A stretch of DNA of 64,000 nt from Caldilineaceae bacterium (GCA_965116185.1 OZ220492.1:675662-739661); one strand, 5' to 3'. Counted from the stretch's first letter, positions 39,615 through 49,717 are shown. Translations and numbers: made by a program. The notes: generated from the letters alone by a model not told the origin.

Positions 39615-40529
39615 TTAATGGGCCTCGGTTTCTTCGTCTGCTGTGGGAACAGGCTCTTCGCTCTCTTCCTCGGCCAGGCGTTTCTGCACACCAGGCCCCA
39701 GCAGATCGTCCGTATCCAGTTCGGTCAGACTTTCGGCGAAATAATCTTCCTCCAGTTCCGGACCTGTCGGTTCCTGTACATCATCCTGTGCCGGGATCAA
39801 ATCCTTCAGATGCTGCTCAGTGCCTTCCTTGATGGCTCGGGCAATCAAGCCCGTGATGTAGCGAATGGGACGCTGGGTGTCGTCATTGCTGGGGATGACA
39901 TAGTCAATAGGATCCGGATTGCAATTGGTGTCCACCATAGCCATGATCGGAATATCCGTCCGGTTGGCTTCCTTGACGGCCAGGTTCTCCGCGTTGGTGT
40001 CAACGACAAACAGCAGATCAGGTGGTGACTCTAGATCCTTGATGCCGCCCAGGCGACGGTTGAGCTTGTCAATTTCCTTCTTAATAAAAAGCCGTTCCTT
40101 CTTGCCCAGGGCATTGAATTCGCCTGCTTCATACTGGGCTTCCCGTTCGTTGAGGTAGCGGATACGCTCGGAAATGGTCTGCCAGTTGGTCAAGGTACCA
40201 CCTAACCAGCGGATGTTGATGTAGTGCATATTACACTCACGTGCTGCATCCTCCACGGGTTTCTGGGCCTGCCGCTTGGTGCCTACGAACACAACCTTAC
40301 CCCCATGCGCGGCTACTTCCCGCGCCTTAGACCGGGCTGCCAGCAGGGCATCTGCCGTGATGGCCAGATCTATGACATGCTGGTTCCCTCGTTCCGTAAA
40401 GATATACGGGGCCATTTTGGGATTCCAGAGATGTACGGGATGGCCGAAATGGGCCCCTGTCTTGAGTAGATCCAGCACAATGGACTTCAGTTGTTGACGG
40501 TTTCGCCGGGGAGTGTCCGACATGCGCAT
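39615..40529 (-). CDS. rpsB: 30S ribosomal protein S2 with an acidic C-terminal extension
   Basis: LLKTGAHFGH, RWLGGTLTNW and VVDTNCNPDPIDYVIPSNDD. Confidence 0.96.
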   Translation of the reverse strand: MRMSDTPRRNRQQLKSIVLDLLKTGAHFGHPVHLWNPKMAPYIFTERGNQHVIDLAITADALLAARSKAREVAAHGGKVVFVGTKRQAQKPVEDAARECNMHYINIRWLGGTLTNWQTISERIRYLNEREAQYEAGEFNALGKKERLFIKKEIDKLNRRLGGIKDLESPPDLLFVVDTNAENLAVKEANRTDIPIMAMVDTNCNPDPIDYVIPSNDDTQRPIRYITGLIARAIKEGTEQHLKDLIPAQDDVQEPTGPELEEDYFAESLTELDTDDLLGPGVQKRLAEEESEEPVPTADEETEAH

Positions 40530-40825
40530 CTCCTAATTAACATAGAATGTATGTGTTTTCCAGAGTATCCAACTTCCACGCGTCGTCCAGTCCGGCACAC
40601 AACAAATGCGTCTTGATTTGAGTCAAACCAAAACGAATCCAGAGTCTAGCATAGTCAGAGGGTCTGGGCCAACAACTGCGGTGTGCATGACCCCATAGAG
40701 CCCCCTACCCACCGGCAATTTGACTCGCCGTTTGTCTGTCGCTACCATGAGAGAGTGATACTATTGGCCTGGACCGATCCTACCGATGTGGTAGGAGACT
40801 GAAGAGTGGTCATTCGTTTACATAT

Positions 40826-40901
<76 letters not shown>

Positions 40902-40980
40902 TATCCCCTCTACACCCACCACGGATCCGACTCCAGGTATTGGACAGGTCCGTGGTGGCCGGGATTGCAGTGTACAAGGC

Positions 40981-41622
40981 ATGGATACGGTGCGGACGAG
41001 TTCTCTTTGCGGTTTTGTGATCTTGGCCGCAGGTCAGGGGACCCGTTTTGGCAGTGCTAAGCAGGTGGCGCCGTTCCGGGGAGACCCCCTAGTCATACGG
41101 GCTACTACCACAGCCCTGGCGGTAGTACAGGGTAACGCACCGGTCCGGGTTGTGATCGGTGCCCATAGGGCGCAGGTTGAAGCCGTACTGTCCCCCCTGG
41201 TACGCCGGCACACCAATTTGGAGCTTTGCTACAATGCCGCCTGGGCTTCCGGTCTGGCGTCCAGCCTGCAAGTGGGCCTGCAGAGCCTTGAGGCGGCTAA
41301 GCCCAAGGTAGGAGCCGTACTGTATATGCTGGGTGATCAGCCCCTGGTACCCACGCAACTGCTCCTAGCCTTGCAAGAACGCTGGCATGAGGGTTGGGAG
41401 ATGGTGGCCCCGGCCTGTGATGGGCGCCTGCTAGGGGTGCCGGCGCTTTTTGCCCGTACCTGGTGGCCCGCTCTTGGGCGTCTGGCAGGCGATAGAGGCG
41501 CCCGCCCGCTGCTGGAACAACACAGCAGCCAGGTAGGCCTCGTAGAAGTGGATACAGGTTGCCTAATCGACATTGACATGCCGGAGGATTTGGCCAGCCA
41601 CAGCCATCACCCAACGGTGTAA
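40981..41622 (+). CDS. MobA/MocA-like nucleotidyltransferase (molybdenum cofactor cytidylyl/guanylyl-transferase family)
   Basis: GFVILAAGQGTRFGSAKQ. About 213 aa from the ATG at 40981. The track start at 40858 runs through tRNA-Pro, so I trimmed it. Confidence 0.75.
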   Translation: MDTVRTSSLCGFVILAAGQGTRFGSAKQVAPFRGDPLVIRATTTALAVVQGNAPVRVVIGAHRAQVEAVLSPLVRRHTNLELCYNAAWASGLASSLQVGLQSLEAAKPKVGAVLYMLGDQPLVPTQLLLALQERWHEGWEMVAPACDGRLLGVPALFARTWWPALGRLAGDRGARPLLEQHSSQVGLVEVDTGCLIDIDMPEDLASHSHHPTV

Positions 41623-41687
41623 TCGGTAGTCCAGGTGTTCACACCTGTCTGCCTGTCGCGTGCGCCGGCTGTGAGGTTGAAGATATC

Positions 41688-41927
41688 ATGCCCCTCTTGT
41701 TGTTTCAGCTTGGCCGTCTGTTGGTAGGTATAGGTCTGACGATTGCGCTGGTCGGGGCCTTGATGATGGTGGCACGTTATGTACCCTTGGGACAATTGCC
41801 CGGCGATTGGCATCTGGAGCGGTCCAACTTTCGGGTGTATGCGCCCGTCGCGACGATGGTAGTAGTCAGTGTGGTGCTGACGATTGTGGTGAATGGTGTC
41901 CTGTTTCTCCTGCGACGTCTGGGGTAA
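41688..41927 (+). CDS. DUF2905 small membrane protein
   Basis: LGQLPGDWHLERSNFRVYAPVATMVVVSVVLTIV matches the DUF2905 pattern (LPGDI...F.FYFP). Confidence 0.7.
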   Translation: MPLLLFQLGRLLVGIGLTIALVGALMMVARYVPLGQLPGDWHLERSNFRVYAPVATMVVVSVVLTIVVNGVLFLLRRLG

Positions 41928-42205
41928 GGATGTACATAGCAACCCATGGTCTGAGGTGCAGCCGTGCTACGCCGGATGGGGTGCCCACATGTAGGGGAGT
42001 GCACAGAATGGTGTTCTGTCCCTATCTGTAGCCCTGTATACCGGTTCTACTCCAGACACTTGGTACGGGTAGGCCATGTATGATCACGCCTGGCTCGCCC
42101 GGATTTTAGTCATGCGGATGAATCGGCTCGCTAAGGTAGATGCCCGGCGGCGCTAAGCCGCGTGGGTGTACGCAGACGTGGAAAGGGTCAAGGTTACGAT
42201 TGGTA

Positions 42206-42235
42206 GAGTCACCATCCGGTGCCGGATGGTGACTC
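42206..42235. promoter_or_regulatory. perfect 14-bp inverted repeat GAGTCACCATCCGG-tg-CCGGATGGTGACTC upstream of htpG
   Basis: Read directly. It lies about 190 nt upstream of the htpG ATG and no U-tract follows it on either strand. Confidence 0.55.
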
Positions 42236-42427
42236 ACGGGAGTAGGCAGTTTCAGGTTCGTTGTAGCTCCGGTGTGAAAACTCGCTTAGCCGTTGACCCG
42301 GAAGTTGACGCAAGCACAAACAAAAGACAAACATTCCCGCTGGCCGGATCATCTGATTCGTATGCTACGATCCGAGCTGCTGTCTTCTTTTAGTTTAGCA
42401 CCAAGATCTTGTCGTTGGGAGTGTGAC

Positions 42428-44404
42428 ATGACGGAAACTGCTACCCCTGTACCCGAAACCCTGCAGTATCAGACGGAAGTCAGCCAACTGCTGGACATTC
42501 TCGCCCATTCCCTCTATACGGACAGGGAGATTTTTCTCCGTGAACTGATTTCCAACGCGTCTGACGCTCTCAACCGGGTCCAGTTTGAGATGCTAACGAA
42601 CGATGACGTAGTGGATGCGGATAGGGAGCTGGCCATCCATCTCGTGCCCGACGCCACAAATCGTTCCCTGATCATCCGTGATTCCGGTATTGGCATGAAT
42701 CGTGAGGAACTCATTACCAATCTCGGCACCATAGCACACTCGGGCGCCAAGGCATTTCTGCGCGAAGTGGCTTCGGCTGACAACCGGGAAGAGATCATTG
42801 GCCAGTTCGGGGTGGGTTTCTATTCGGTATTTATGGTGGCCGAGGAAGTCCGGGTTACCTCCCGTTCCTTCCGACCTACTGATCAGGCCTGGACCTGGAT
42901 TTCCACGGGGCAGAGTGAATTTGAGCTGGTCCCTGCCACCCAAACAGCTCGGGGCACGGAAATCGCCATCAAACTGAAAGAGGACTGTGACTTCACGGAT
43001 GCCTGGCGGCTGCAAGAGATTGTCAGGACCCATTCGGACTACGTATCGTTCCCTATTTATCTCGTAGAACCCGCTACGCCATCTGCCGATGAGGACGTGA
43101 ATGAGGAGGGGACAGACGTAGATGGGGAAGCAGCAGATGTGGATGGGGAGACGGAAACACCTGCCTGGACCGAGACTAAAATCAATCGGCAAACGGCCAT
43201 CTGGCGCCAATCACCCAGTGAGGTGAAGGAGGAGGAATACGATCAGTTCTTGAGCCAGCTGGTCCTGGGTGGGGGCGAGTCTCTGCTGCATGTGCATCTC
43301 GTGACTGACTCGCCGGTAGACATTCGCGCTGTGCTGTTCATTCCTGCGCAGCGCCCGCCCGATATGTTTGACGTGCATCGAGATCACGGTCTTCGCCTCT
43401 ATTCCCGCAAGATCTTGATCCAGAAATACAACCAGGACATGTTGCCGGAGTACATGCGGTTTGTAGAGGGTGTGGTGGATTCCGAGGATCTACCGCTCAA
43501 CATTTCCCGCGAGACGATCCAGAATAATCCTATGACACGCCAGATCAGTAAAACGCTGGCTAATCGCATCCTGCGGGAACTGGCGCGCCTGGCCACCCAG
43601 GATCCGGAGCGATACCAGACCTTCTGGAGTCAGTACGGCATGTTTATCAAAGGCGGGCTGGCCACGGACTTTGAACGCCAGGACACGTTGGTACCTTTAC
43701 TGCGTTTCCAGTCCACCCGGAGTGGGGAGGAATGGATTTCGCTGGACGACTATCTAGAGCGCATGCCCGCATCCCAGAAAGCCTTTTATTACGTTGAAGG
43801 TCATGATCTAGCGGCTGCGCAACGTAGCCCCCATCTGGACTATTTTCGGGCGCACGACATTGAAGTACTGTATTTCACGGATCCCATTGCCGATACCTAT
43901 GTCACGGTGGCTCTGCCCACATATAAGGAACACAAGCTGATCAACGTGGACGGGGCCGAAGTTGAGGTACCCGCAACCTCGGCGGACACAGAGGTACAGG
44001 ATGAGGCCGCCGAGTCCGGTATTGAGCTTCTCATTGAACGAGTCAAAAAGGTATTGGGCGAGCGGGTAGAGGATGTGCAGGTTTCCGCTCTGCTGGTGGA
44101 GCATCCCAGTCGTCTCGTGTATGCAGGGGAAAGTATGTCACGAGCCTTTGAAAAGATGAGTGGCCTTATGGGGCAAGAGGTGCCCCAGCAGAAACGTATC
44201 CTGGAACTGAACCCGCGCCATGAATTGATCCGGAATATGGTGCATCTGCATGCTACCCGACCGACTGCTCCCCTGCTGGATCTGCTGATTGAGCAAGTTA
44301 TGGACAACGCCCTCCTGCTGGAGGATCTGCATCCGGATCCAGCCGGCATGACCGATCGCATCCTGTCCATCATGCAGGTAGCCGCGGCCGCCGATCAAGC
44401 ATAA
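42428..44404 (+). CDS. htpG: molecular chaperone HtpG (Hsp90)
   Basis: EIFLRELISNASDAL, GQFGVGFYS and LPLNISRE, with an acidic linker. ATG at 42428 (MTETATPVPETLQYQTEV). Confidence 0.96.
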   Translation: MTETATPVPETLQYQTEVSQLLDILAHSLYTDREIFLRELISNASDALNRVQFEMLTNDDVVDADRELAIHLVPDATNRSLIIRDSGIGMNREELITNLGTIAHSGAKAFLREVASADNREEIIGQFGVGFYSVFMVAEEVRVTSRSFRPTDQAWTWISTGQSEFELVPATQTARGTEIAIKLKEDCDFTDAWRLQEIVRTHSDYVSFPIYLVEPATPSADEDVNEEGTDVDGEAADVDGETETPAWTETKINRQTAIWRQSPSEVKEEEYDQFLSQLVLGGGESLLHVHLVTDSPVDIRAVLFIPAQRPPDMFDVHRDHGLRLYSRKILIQKYNQDMLPEYMRFVEGVVDSEDLPLNISRETIQNNPMTRQISKTLANRILRELARLATQDPERYQTFWSQYGMFIKGGLATDFERQDTLVPLLRFQSTRSGEEWISLDDYLERMPASQKAFYYVEGHDLAAAQRSPHLDYFRAHDIEVLYFTDPIADTYVTVALPTYKEHKLINVDGAEVEVPATSADTEVQDEAAESGIELLIERVKKVLGERVEDVQVSALLVEHPSRLVYAGESMSRAFEKMSGLMGQEVPQQKRILELNPRHELIRNMVHLHATRPTAPLLDLLIEQVMDNALLLEDLHPDPAGMTDRILSIMQVAAAADQA

Positions 44405-44413
44405 GGAGGCCGT

Positions 44414-44659
44414 ATGCCGATGCCTATCCAGGACCCGATCTATATCGGGGACGTAGTGCGCATGCGTAAGCCCCATCCCTGTGGGAGCTATGTGTGGGAA
44501 GTATATCGTGTAGGAGCGGACATTGGTCTGACCTGTCGCCAGTGCGGCCGCCGCACCCTAATGTCGCGGCGTCACTTCACGCATCGCATGCAGACCATGC
44601 TCCAGCGCGGCCCTATGGCTACTTCATCCACTTCCCCTCAGACCTCAATGCCGTCCTGA
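44414..44659 (+). CDS. DUF951 protein
   Basis: [37 protein letters not shown]. Confidence 0.75.
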   Translation: MPMPIQDPIYIGDVVRMRKPHPCGSYVWEVYRVGADIGLTCRQCGRRTLMSRRHFTHRMQTMLQRGPMATSSTSPQTSMPS

Positions 44660-44696
44660 GACAGTCTGCCTACATCTGCGTCCGTGCACGAAGACC

Positions 44697-45062
44697 ATGC
44701 TGATTGTACACCAAGGTCTGAGCCGTTCTACCTTGATTCTGACGGCTATTGTGGGCTTGTGGGCCTTATTTGCCGGTATTCGGAATCAGCCCCTGGATGG
44801 GCGGTGGCTGGGTACGGCCATCATCTGTGAAATTCTCATTATCGTTCAAGGCCTGGTCGGCATCTATCTGTGGTTTGGGACCACCGGTGTCCTGCCCCGA
44901 CCATTTCTGCACGTACTTTATGGGGTTGTGGGAATTATAGCTCTGCCTGCTGCCTACGGTTATTTGAGTCGAATGCCGGATGCTCGGGCCATGACCTGGG
45001 GCATGGCCGCCACCTGTACCTTTCTCTTTTTTGCACTATTGCGGGCCATACAGGTAGCATAG
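44697..45062 (+). CDS. integral membrane protein (4 TM), function unknown
   Basis: 121-aa hydrophobic ORF. Confidence 0.55.
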   Translation: MLIVHQGLSRSTLILTAIVGLWALFAGIRNQPLDGRWLGTAIICEILIIVQGLVGIYLWFGTTGVLPRPFLHVLYGVVGIIALPAAYGYLSRMPDARAMTWGMAATCTFLFFALLRAIQVA

Positions 45063-45175
45063 GCCTCGTAGCAGCCCATGTGCAGTGAGCGGGGGATCGA
45101 AAAAGCGGCATCCAAAATGTACTTCGGTCGCTTCCTACCCGGACGCGGGAGAACTATCTTGGCACCGCACGGCGT

Positions 45176-45682
45176 GTGCTGGTTCTGAATGCCAGTTATG
45201 AGCCACTGAGCCTGGTTCCTGTACGGCGTGCCCTGGTCATGCTGATGCAGAACAAAGCCGAACAGGTTGCGATAGGCCAACACCAGGTACGGACGGTAAA
45301 TCGTCAGTGGCCTGTGCCTTTGATCATTCGGCTCTGTTACTACGTACATGTACCCCAGCGTGTATCCCCGCCCACCCGCAGCGGAGTGATGCTGCGGGAT
45401 GCCCATACCTGCGGCTACTGCGGGGCCACCCACGCCCGGAACCATATGACTATTGACCATATCCTGCCCCGTAGCAAGGGGGGTGCGCATTCCTGGTCCA
45501 ATCTCATTACGGCGTGCCAGGCATGCAACCAGCGCAAAGGGCAGCGCTCCCCGGAGGAAGCCAACATGAAGTTGCGCTGGCAACCGGCCCAGCCCAGCTA
45601 TGTAACGCTGGTGCTGTTGCGCAACCCCGTGGCAGCCGCGCGTTATTCCGCCTACATGAATAGCGTGCAACCATCATCCTGA
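45176..45682 (+). CDS. stand-alone HNH endonuclease (McrA/COG1403-like)
   Basis: CGYCG...DHILPRSKGGAHSWSNLITACQACNQRK. The N-terminus VLVLNASYEPLSLV is typical of this family. Confidence 0.85.
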   Translation: MLVLNASYEPLSLVPVRRALVMLMQNKAEQVAIGQHQVRTVNRQWPVPLIIRLCYYVHVPQRVSPPTRSGVMLRDAHTCGYCGATHARNHMTIDHILPRSKGGAHSWSNLITACQACNQRKGQRSPEEANMKLRWQPAQPSYVTLVLLRNPVAAARYSAYMNSVQPSS

Positions 45683-45742
45683 GCGACATCCTTAGCTAGA
45701 CAATCACCCCACAAACGAATAGCGGTTCCTGGCAGCGCACGT

Positions 45743-47740
45743 GTGATGACCAACAACGCCTTCCCCTTCAATCTGGACGTAGTGTGGGAACCTACGGAGA
45801 TGGAGATCCGCAACAGCAATCTTGTCCGGTTCATGCACGGCCAAGGCTTTGATGACTATGCGGAGTTTGAGACCTGGGCTGCCCAGGACCCCGCCCGTTT
45901 CTGGCAGGCGGTGCTGAGCGATCTCGGCATTCACTTTGACGTTCCCTGCACCCGGATCATGGATCTGACGGATGGCCTGGCCCGCCCCCGTTGGTGTGTA
46001 GGAGGCCACATGAACATCGTGAGCAGTTGTCTGGACAAATGGCAGACGACAGCGCACTTTGAGCCCACAAGCCAAACCGCGCTGATCTGGGAAGGCGAAG
46101 GGGGCACAGTGCGCCGGTTCAGCTATGTGGACTTGCATCGCCATACGGGACAGTGGGCCAATGCTCTGCGGAGTCTGGGTCTCGGTGCCGGTGACGTTAT
46201 TGGCATCCATATGCCCATGATCCCGGAGACCGTCATGGCGTTCCTGGCCATTATGCGTATCGGCGCTGTGGCCCTGCCTCTATTCAGCGGTTTTGGCGTA
46301 GAGGCTCTGAGCGCACGGCTGCGGGCCGGTGCGGCCCAGGCCCTGGTTACGGTATCGGGATTCCAACGGAACGGGCAGTATGTATCCCTGGATGGCGTGT
46401 TGGAAGAGGTTAGGGCCGCAACGCCGACCCTGAAGCATGTGATAATGGTAGACGCCCCTGAAGGTTATCCCGGTGTATATGATGCCCGTCCTTGGGTGTC
46501 CACCTTCTCGCACCTAGCGGAAGCGGTTTCCTGTCCGGCCGATGCTCCGTGCCTGCTCCTCTACACCAGTGGTACTACGGGTGCTCCCAAGGGGATAGTC
46601 CATACCCATTGTGGCTTTCCCGTCAAGGCGGCCCAGGATATGGCGCACTGCTTTGACGTCAAGCCCGCTGACGTTGTGTTCTGGTATACCGATATGGGAT
46701 GGATGATGGGGCCCTGGCTGATGCTGGGCACCCTGATCCTGGGGGCCACCATACTAATCTACGACGGGGCGCCGGTTTACCCGCAGGCGGATCGTATTTG
46801 GGCTCTTTGTGCCCGGCATGCGGTCACGCTCCTGGGACTGTCACCCACCTTGGCCCGCATGTTGCAACCCTATGGTGTTGCCATGGTGCAACCGCACGAT
46901 CTCACACGCCTGCGTGGGGTCGGCTCTACAGGCAGCCCCTGGGATCCGACATCCTGGCACTGGGTTTTCCAGCATGTACTGGGAGGCCGCCGGCCTGTGT
47001 TCAACTATACGGGCGGCACCGAAATTAGTGGCGGCATTCTGGGATGCAGCCTGCTGCGCCCGCTGAAGGCTTGTTCCTTCAACATGGCAATCCCCGGGAT
47101 GGTCGCGGATGTCGTGAATGACCAAGGAGTGAGCGTAGTAGGTGAAATCGGGGAACTGGTGGTACGACAGCCCTGGATTGGCATGACGCGCGGCTTTTGG
47201 CAGGATCCCACGGATCGGTATCGGGACACCTATTGGCAGCCATGGCCCAACCTCTGGCGTCATGGTGATCTCGCTGTCCGGGACGCAGAGGGTTTCTGGT
47301 ATGTGCTGGGACGCAGTGATGACACCATGAACGTAGCCGGCAAGCGCCTGGGCCCCACGGAATACGAGCAGGTGCTCAATAGCCTGCCCCAGGTGGCCGA
47401 ATCCGCCACGGTAGGGATACCTGATCCGGTCAAGGAACAGGTGGTGGTCTGTTTCTGTGTCCTGCAGTCAAACGTTGAAGCCGATGATCATCTACAGACC
47501 CGACTGATGGATGTAATCGCAGAACGGCTAGGGCGGCCTTTGCGTCCGGCGGCGCTTATTTTTGTGCCGGATCTGCCCAAGACGCGAAACGCCAAAATTA
47601 TGCGGCGACTTCTGGTCAACATTTACCTGCGTCAGCCCCTGGGTGATACGAGCAATCTGGAGAATCCGGCGGTACTCCGGACCATTGCGGATGCTGTCCG
47701 GGGCGTGGGCGCTGCAGATCAAGGAGCTGCGTGTAGATAA
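45743..47740 (+). CDS. AMP-forming acyl-CoA synthetase (Acs-like)
   Basis: LLYTSGTTGAPKG, YTGGTEISGG and the C-terminal LPKTRNAKIMRR. Confidence 0.88.
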   Translation: MMTNNAFPFNLDVVWEPTEMEIRNSNLVRFMHGQGFDDYAEFETWAAQDPARFWQAVLSDLGIHFDVPCTRIMDLTDGLARPRWCVGGHMNIVSSCLDKWQTTAHFEPTSQTALIWEGEGGTVRRFSYVDLHRHTGQWANALRSLGLGAGDVIGIHMPMIPETVMAFLAIMRIGAVALPLFSGFGVEALSARLRAGAAQALVTVSGFQRNGQYVSLDGVLEEVRAATPTLKHVIMVDAPEGYPGVYDARPWVSTFSHLAEAVSCPADAPCLLLYTSGTTGAPKGIVHTHCGFPVKAAQDMAHCFDVKPADVVFWYTDMGWMMGPWLMLGTLILGATILIYDGAPVYPQADRIWALCARHAVTLLGLSPTLARMLQPYGVAMVQPHDLTRLRGVGSTGSPWDPTSWHWVFQHVLGGRRPVFNYTGGTEISGGILGCSLLRPLKACSFNMAIPGMVADVVNDQGVSVVGEIGELVVRQPWIGMTRGFWQDPTDRYRDTYWQPWPNLWRHGDLAVRDAEGFWYVLGRSDDTMNVAGKRLGPTEYEQVLNSLPQVAESATVGIPDPVKEQVVVCFCVLQSNVEADDHLQTRLMDVIAERLGRPLRPAALIFVPDLPKTRNAKIMRRLLVNIYLRQPLGDTSNLENPAVLRTIADAVRGVGAADQGAACR

Positions 47741-47883
47741 GCACCGGTTTCCTGATCCGCTCCTGGCCCATGTCCCGTATCTGCTTCCATGGCCTACAGA
47801 TACGGTAGAGGTAGTAGGACCATGGGGATCTGTGTTATGATGCAAATTACACAGTTTGCTGTTACATTGCAGTTTCATCATAG

Positions 47884-49071
47884 TTGGACAGCATGCAGAT
47901 TACTTGTATTTACTGCGGCTTGGAAGTCGTAATAACCCCTGAGCGTCATCGTTGTCGACATTGTGGCGGTGATCTGTCATCCCAAGTGACACCGGATTTT
48001 AAGGCCAGCTATTATTATCAGAAAGCCAGCGAGGCGGCGGAGCAGGGTGCTGTCTATATTGCCCTGCAGCATCTCCAGAAGGGCCTGCAGGCCCAGAGCC
48101 GCCCCGATCTCCATCTGCTGGCTGCCATCCTCTACGCTGATTTGGGGCGCGAGGAACAGTTGCGCATGCATATTGGTGCCATTCCTACGAATGACATCCT
48201 GCGGGGCGAAGCCGAAGCTCTGCTGAAGCAACTGCACGCACGCCAACAGACTGAAGTCTCCACCGTTGCGCCAAAGCGTAAAGAACCTTCCTCAACCGGC
48301 TCGTCAGGCCGCCGTCTGTGGGGCCCCCGGTTGATTGCCACCACTGTCACCATGGGTGTCCTACTTACTGCCTTGATGTCCACTCAGTTCCAACAAGTGC
48401 CATGGCAGTCCTTGCCGGGTTTGACCCAGGTCACCGCACGCATTGGTAGCCAAGTAGCCCAATGGTTCACGGTGCAGAACACCGAACCGGAACTAACCGT
48501 CAACGCGGTCACACCGAAAGCTGCCATAGCAGCCACGGCGGTCGACATGACGGGTGACCGCGCAGAAGAAAAAATGACCGTTTCGACGCCGAACACCGAG
48601 CCGGTCCCTGCTGCACCGCTCACACCGGGACAGTGGCAGGTACAGGTCACGCAAAACGTCATGACTATGATTTCGCAGGAGCGCATTGATTTTACCCGGA
48701 TCCTTGTGGAGCGTGGCTATCCTGAACTGCAGGACACCGAGCTGGTGGCCGTGGTGCAGGGAACTCAACTCGTCCTGATGGGTACGGTACCCTCACCGGA
48801 AGTGCGGCAGGCAGTTCTGGATGCCGCACGTCAGTTGCGGGGCGTGGGCGATATTGACGCGTACGCCGTGCAAGTGGTGGTACCGGAACGGATTTATGTG
48901 GTGCAGACTGGCGACAATTTGTGGAGCATTGCCCAACAGGCCCTAGGTGATGGGGCACGCTGGCCTGAAATCCTTGAGTACAATCCTGAAGTATCCAATA
49001 ATCTGCTACGGCCGGGCCAGGAACTACGCATTCCCTCTTTTACATTGCCTAACGGCGGCACGCTTGGGTAA
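47884..49071 (+). CDS. zinc-ribbon / TPR-like / TM / BON / LysM multidomain protein
   Basis: CIYCG...CRHCGG, TM LIATTVTMGVLLTALM, BON-like VAVVQGTQLVLMGTVPSPEVRQAVLDAARQLRGVGDI, and LysM YVVQTGDNLWSIAQQALGDGARWPEILEYNP. The start is either TTG 47884 or ATG 47893. Confidence 0.75.
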   Translation: MDSMQITCIYCGLEVVITPERHRCRHCGGDLSSQVTPDFKASYYYQKASEAAEQGAVYIALQHLQKGLQAQSRPDLHLLAAILYADLGREEQLRMHIGAIPTNDILRGEAEALLKQLHARQQTEVSTVAPKRKEPSSTGSSGRRLWGPRLIATTVTMGVLLTALMSTQFQQVPWQSLPGLTQVTARIGSQVAQWFTVQNTEPELTVNAVTPKAAIAATAVDMTGDRAEEKMTVSTPNTEPVPAAPLTPGQWQVQVTQNVMTMISQERIDFTRILVERGYPELQDTELVAVVQGTQLVLMGTVPSPEVRQAVLDAARQLRGVGDIDAYAVQVVVPERIYVVQTGDNLWSIAQQALGDGARWPEILEYNPEVSNNLLRPGQELRIPSFTLPNGGTLG

Positions 49072-49717
49072 CACGCAAACGTGCGGATATGAGTGGGGTA
49101 CAGAGCCCTCAGCCATGGCCGGGACTGCAAGATTGCATGCTTAAGCCAATCCAGACGTAATGGTCTCCCGTCATCCGGATATCCATACCTAGGCCGGATG
49201 TGAGTACCCTGTGCCGTCCCAAGCCCAACGGGAGGGCCTTGTTGGTCCCTGCTCGCGCCAGGCCGGGGTAGAGAGTATCGATCTAATCTATTATTGTGTC
49301 TGCGCCGCTAGAGTAAACAGATGAACGCATCGTGCGCGTAGTCCGTTGATGTATCGGGCCTGAGCCTGTAGACAGGCATAGGCTACAACGGCAAGCACGG
49401 GTATCAGGTCCTTGCCGGCTTACCTACCCAATCTCTAGGTGATAGCAAAAGACAGCCCGGTAGGCGGCGGGCGTGGCGTCCGCTCACGGCGGATTGGTGA
49501 AAAATCAGTTGTTGTAGAGAGTAAAGAGAAGTAACTCGGATCGTTTTCGTCCGCACAACCGTGGGACTAGCTTCCCAGGTTCATGTGTCTCGCGTTAGAC
49601 GGCAAACCGCAAGGTGAACCGGTGGTAGTCTTTGGCACTCACGGGGTCCTTCGTTTAGCCTGCTGTGCTCCCGTACCGGATAACACACGTTTTGGAGCAA
49701 GCTAGAGCCACTAAGGC

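Noticed and set aside
42395-42426. TTAGCACC...GAGTGTGA just upstream of the htpG ATG looks a little like a CIRCE element (TTAGCACTC-N9-GAGTGCTAA).
   Set aside because: The spacer is about 15 nt instead of 9 and both arms carry mismatches. It also overlaps the ribosome-binding region. It is not a credible CIRCE.
44960-45670. A 236-aa minus-strand ORF overlaps the HNH gene and the upstream membrane protein gene.
   Set aside because: It is antisense to an ORF with a clear HNH motif, and its composition is low-complexity and Arg/Gly/Pro-rich, typical of antisense frames in GC-rich DNA. The same reasoning rejects 33660..34193(-), 42593..43210(-), 43897..44373(-), 45704..46210(-), 55286..55807(-), 62115..62612(-), 19610..20047(-) and most other overlapping track ORFs.
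49415-49422. CCGGCTTA on the plus strand resembles the 3' P4 strand of bacterial RNase P RNA. Nearby GCAAACCGC and GGTGAACCGGTGG resemble J11/12 and P13/14 words. I also looked for tmRNA and SRP RNA hallmarks.
   Set aside because: The universally conserved GGAAAGTCCGG 5' P4 strand is absent from the whole window, and the matching words occur in the wrong order. There is no tRNA-like 3' end or resume-codon tag for tmRNA, and no GGAAGCAGC SRP motif. I kept it only as an unexplained ORF-free spacer.
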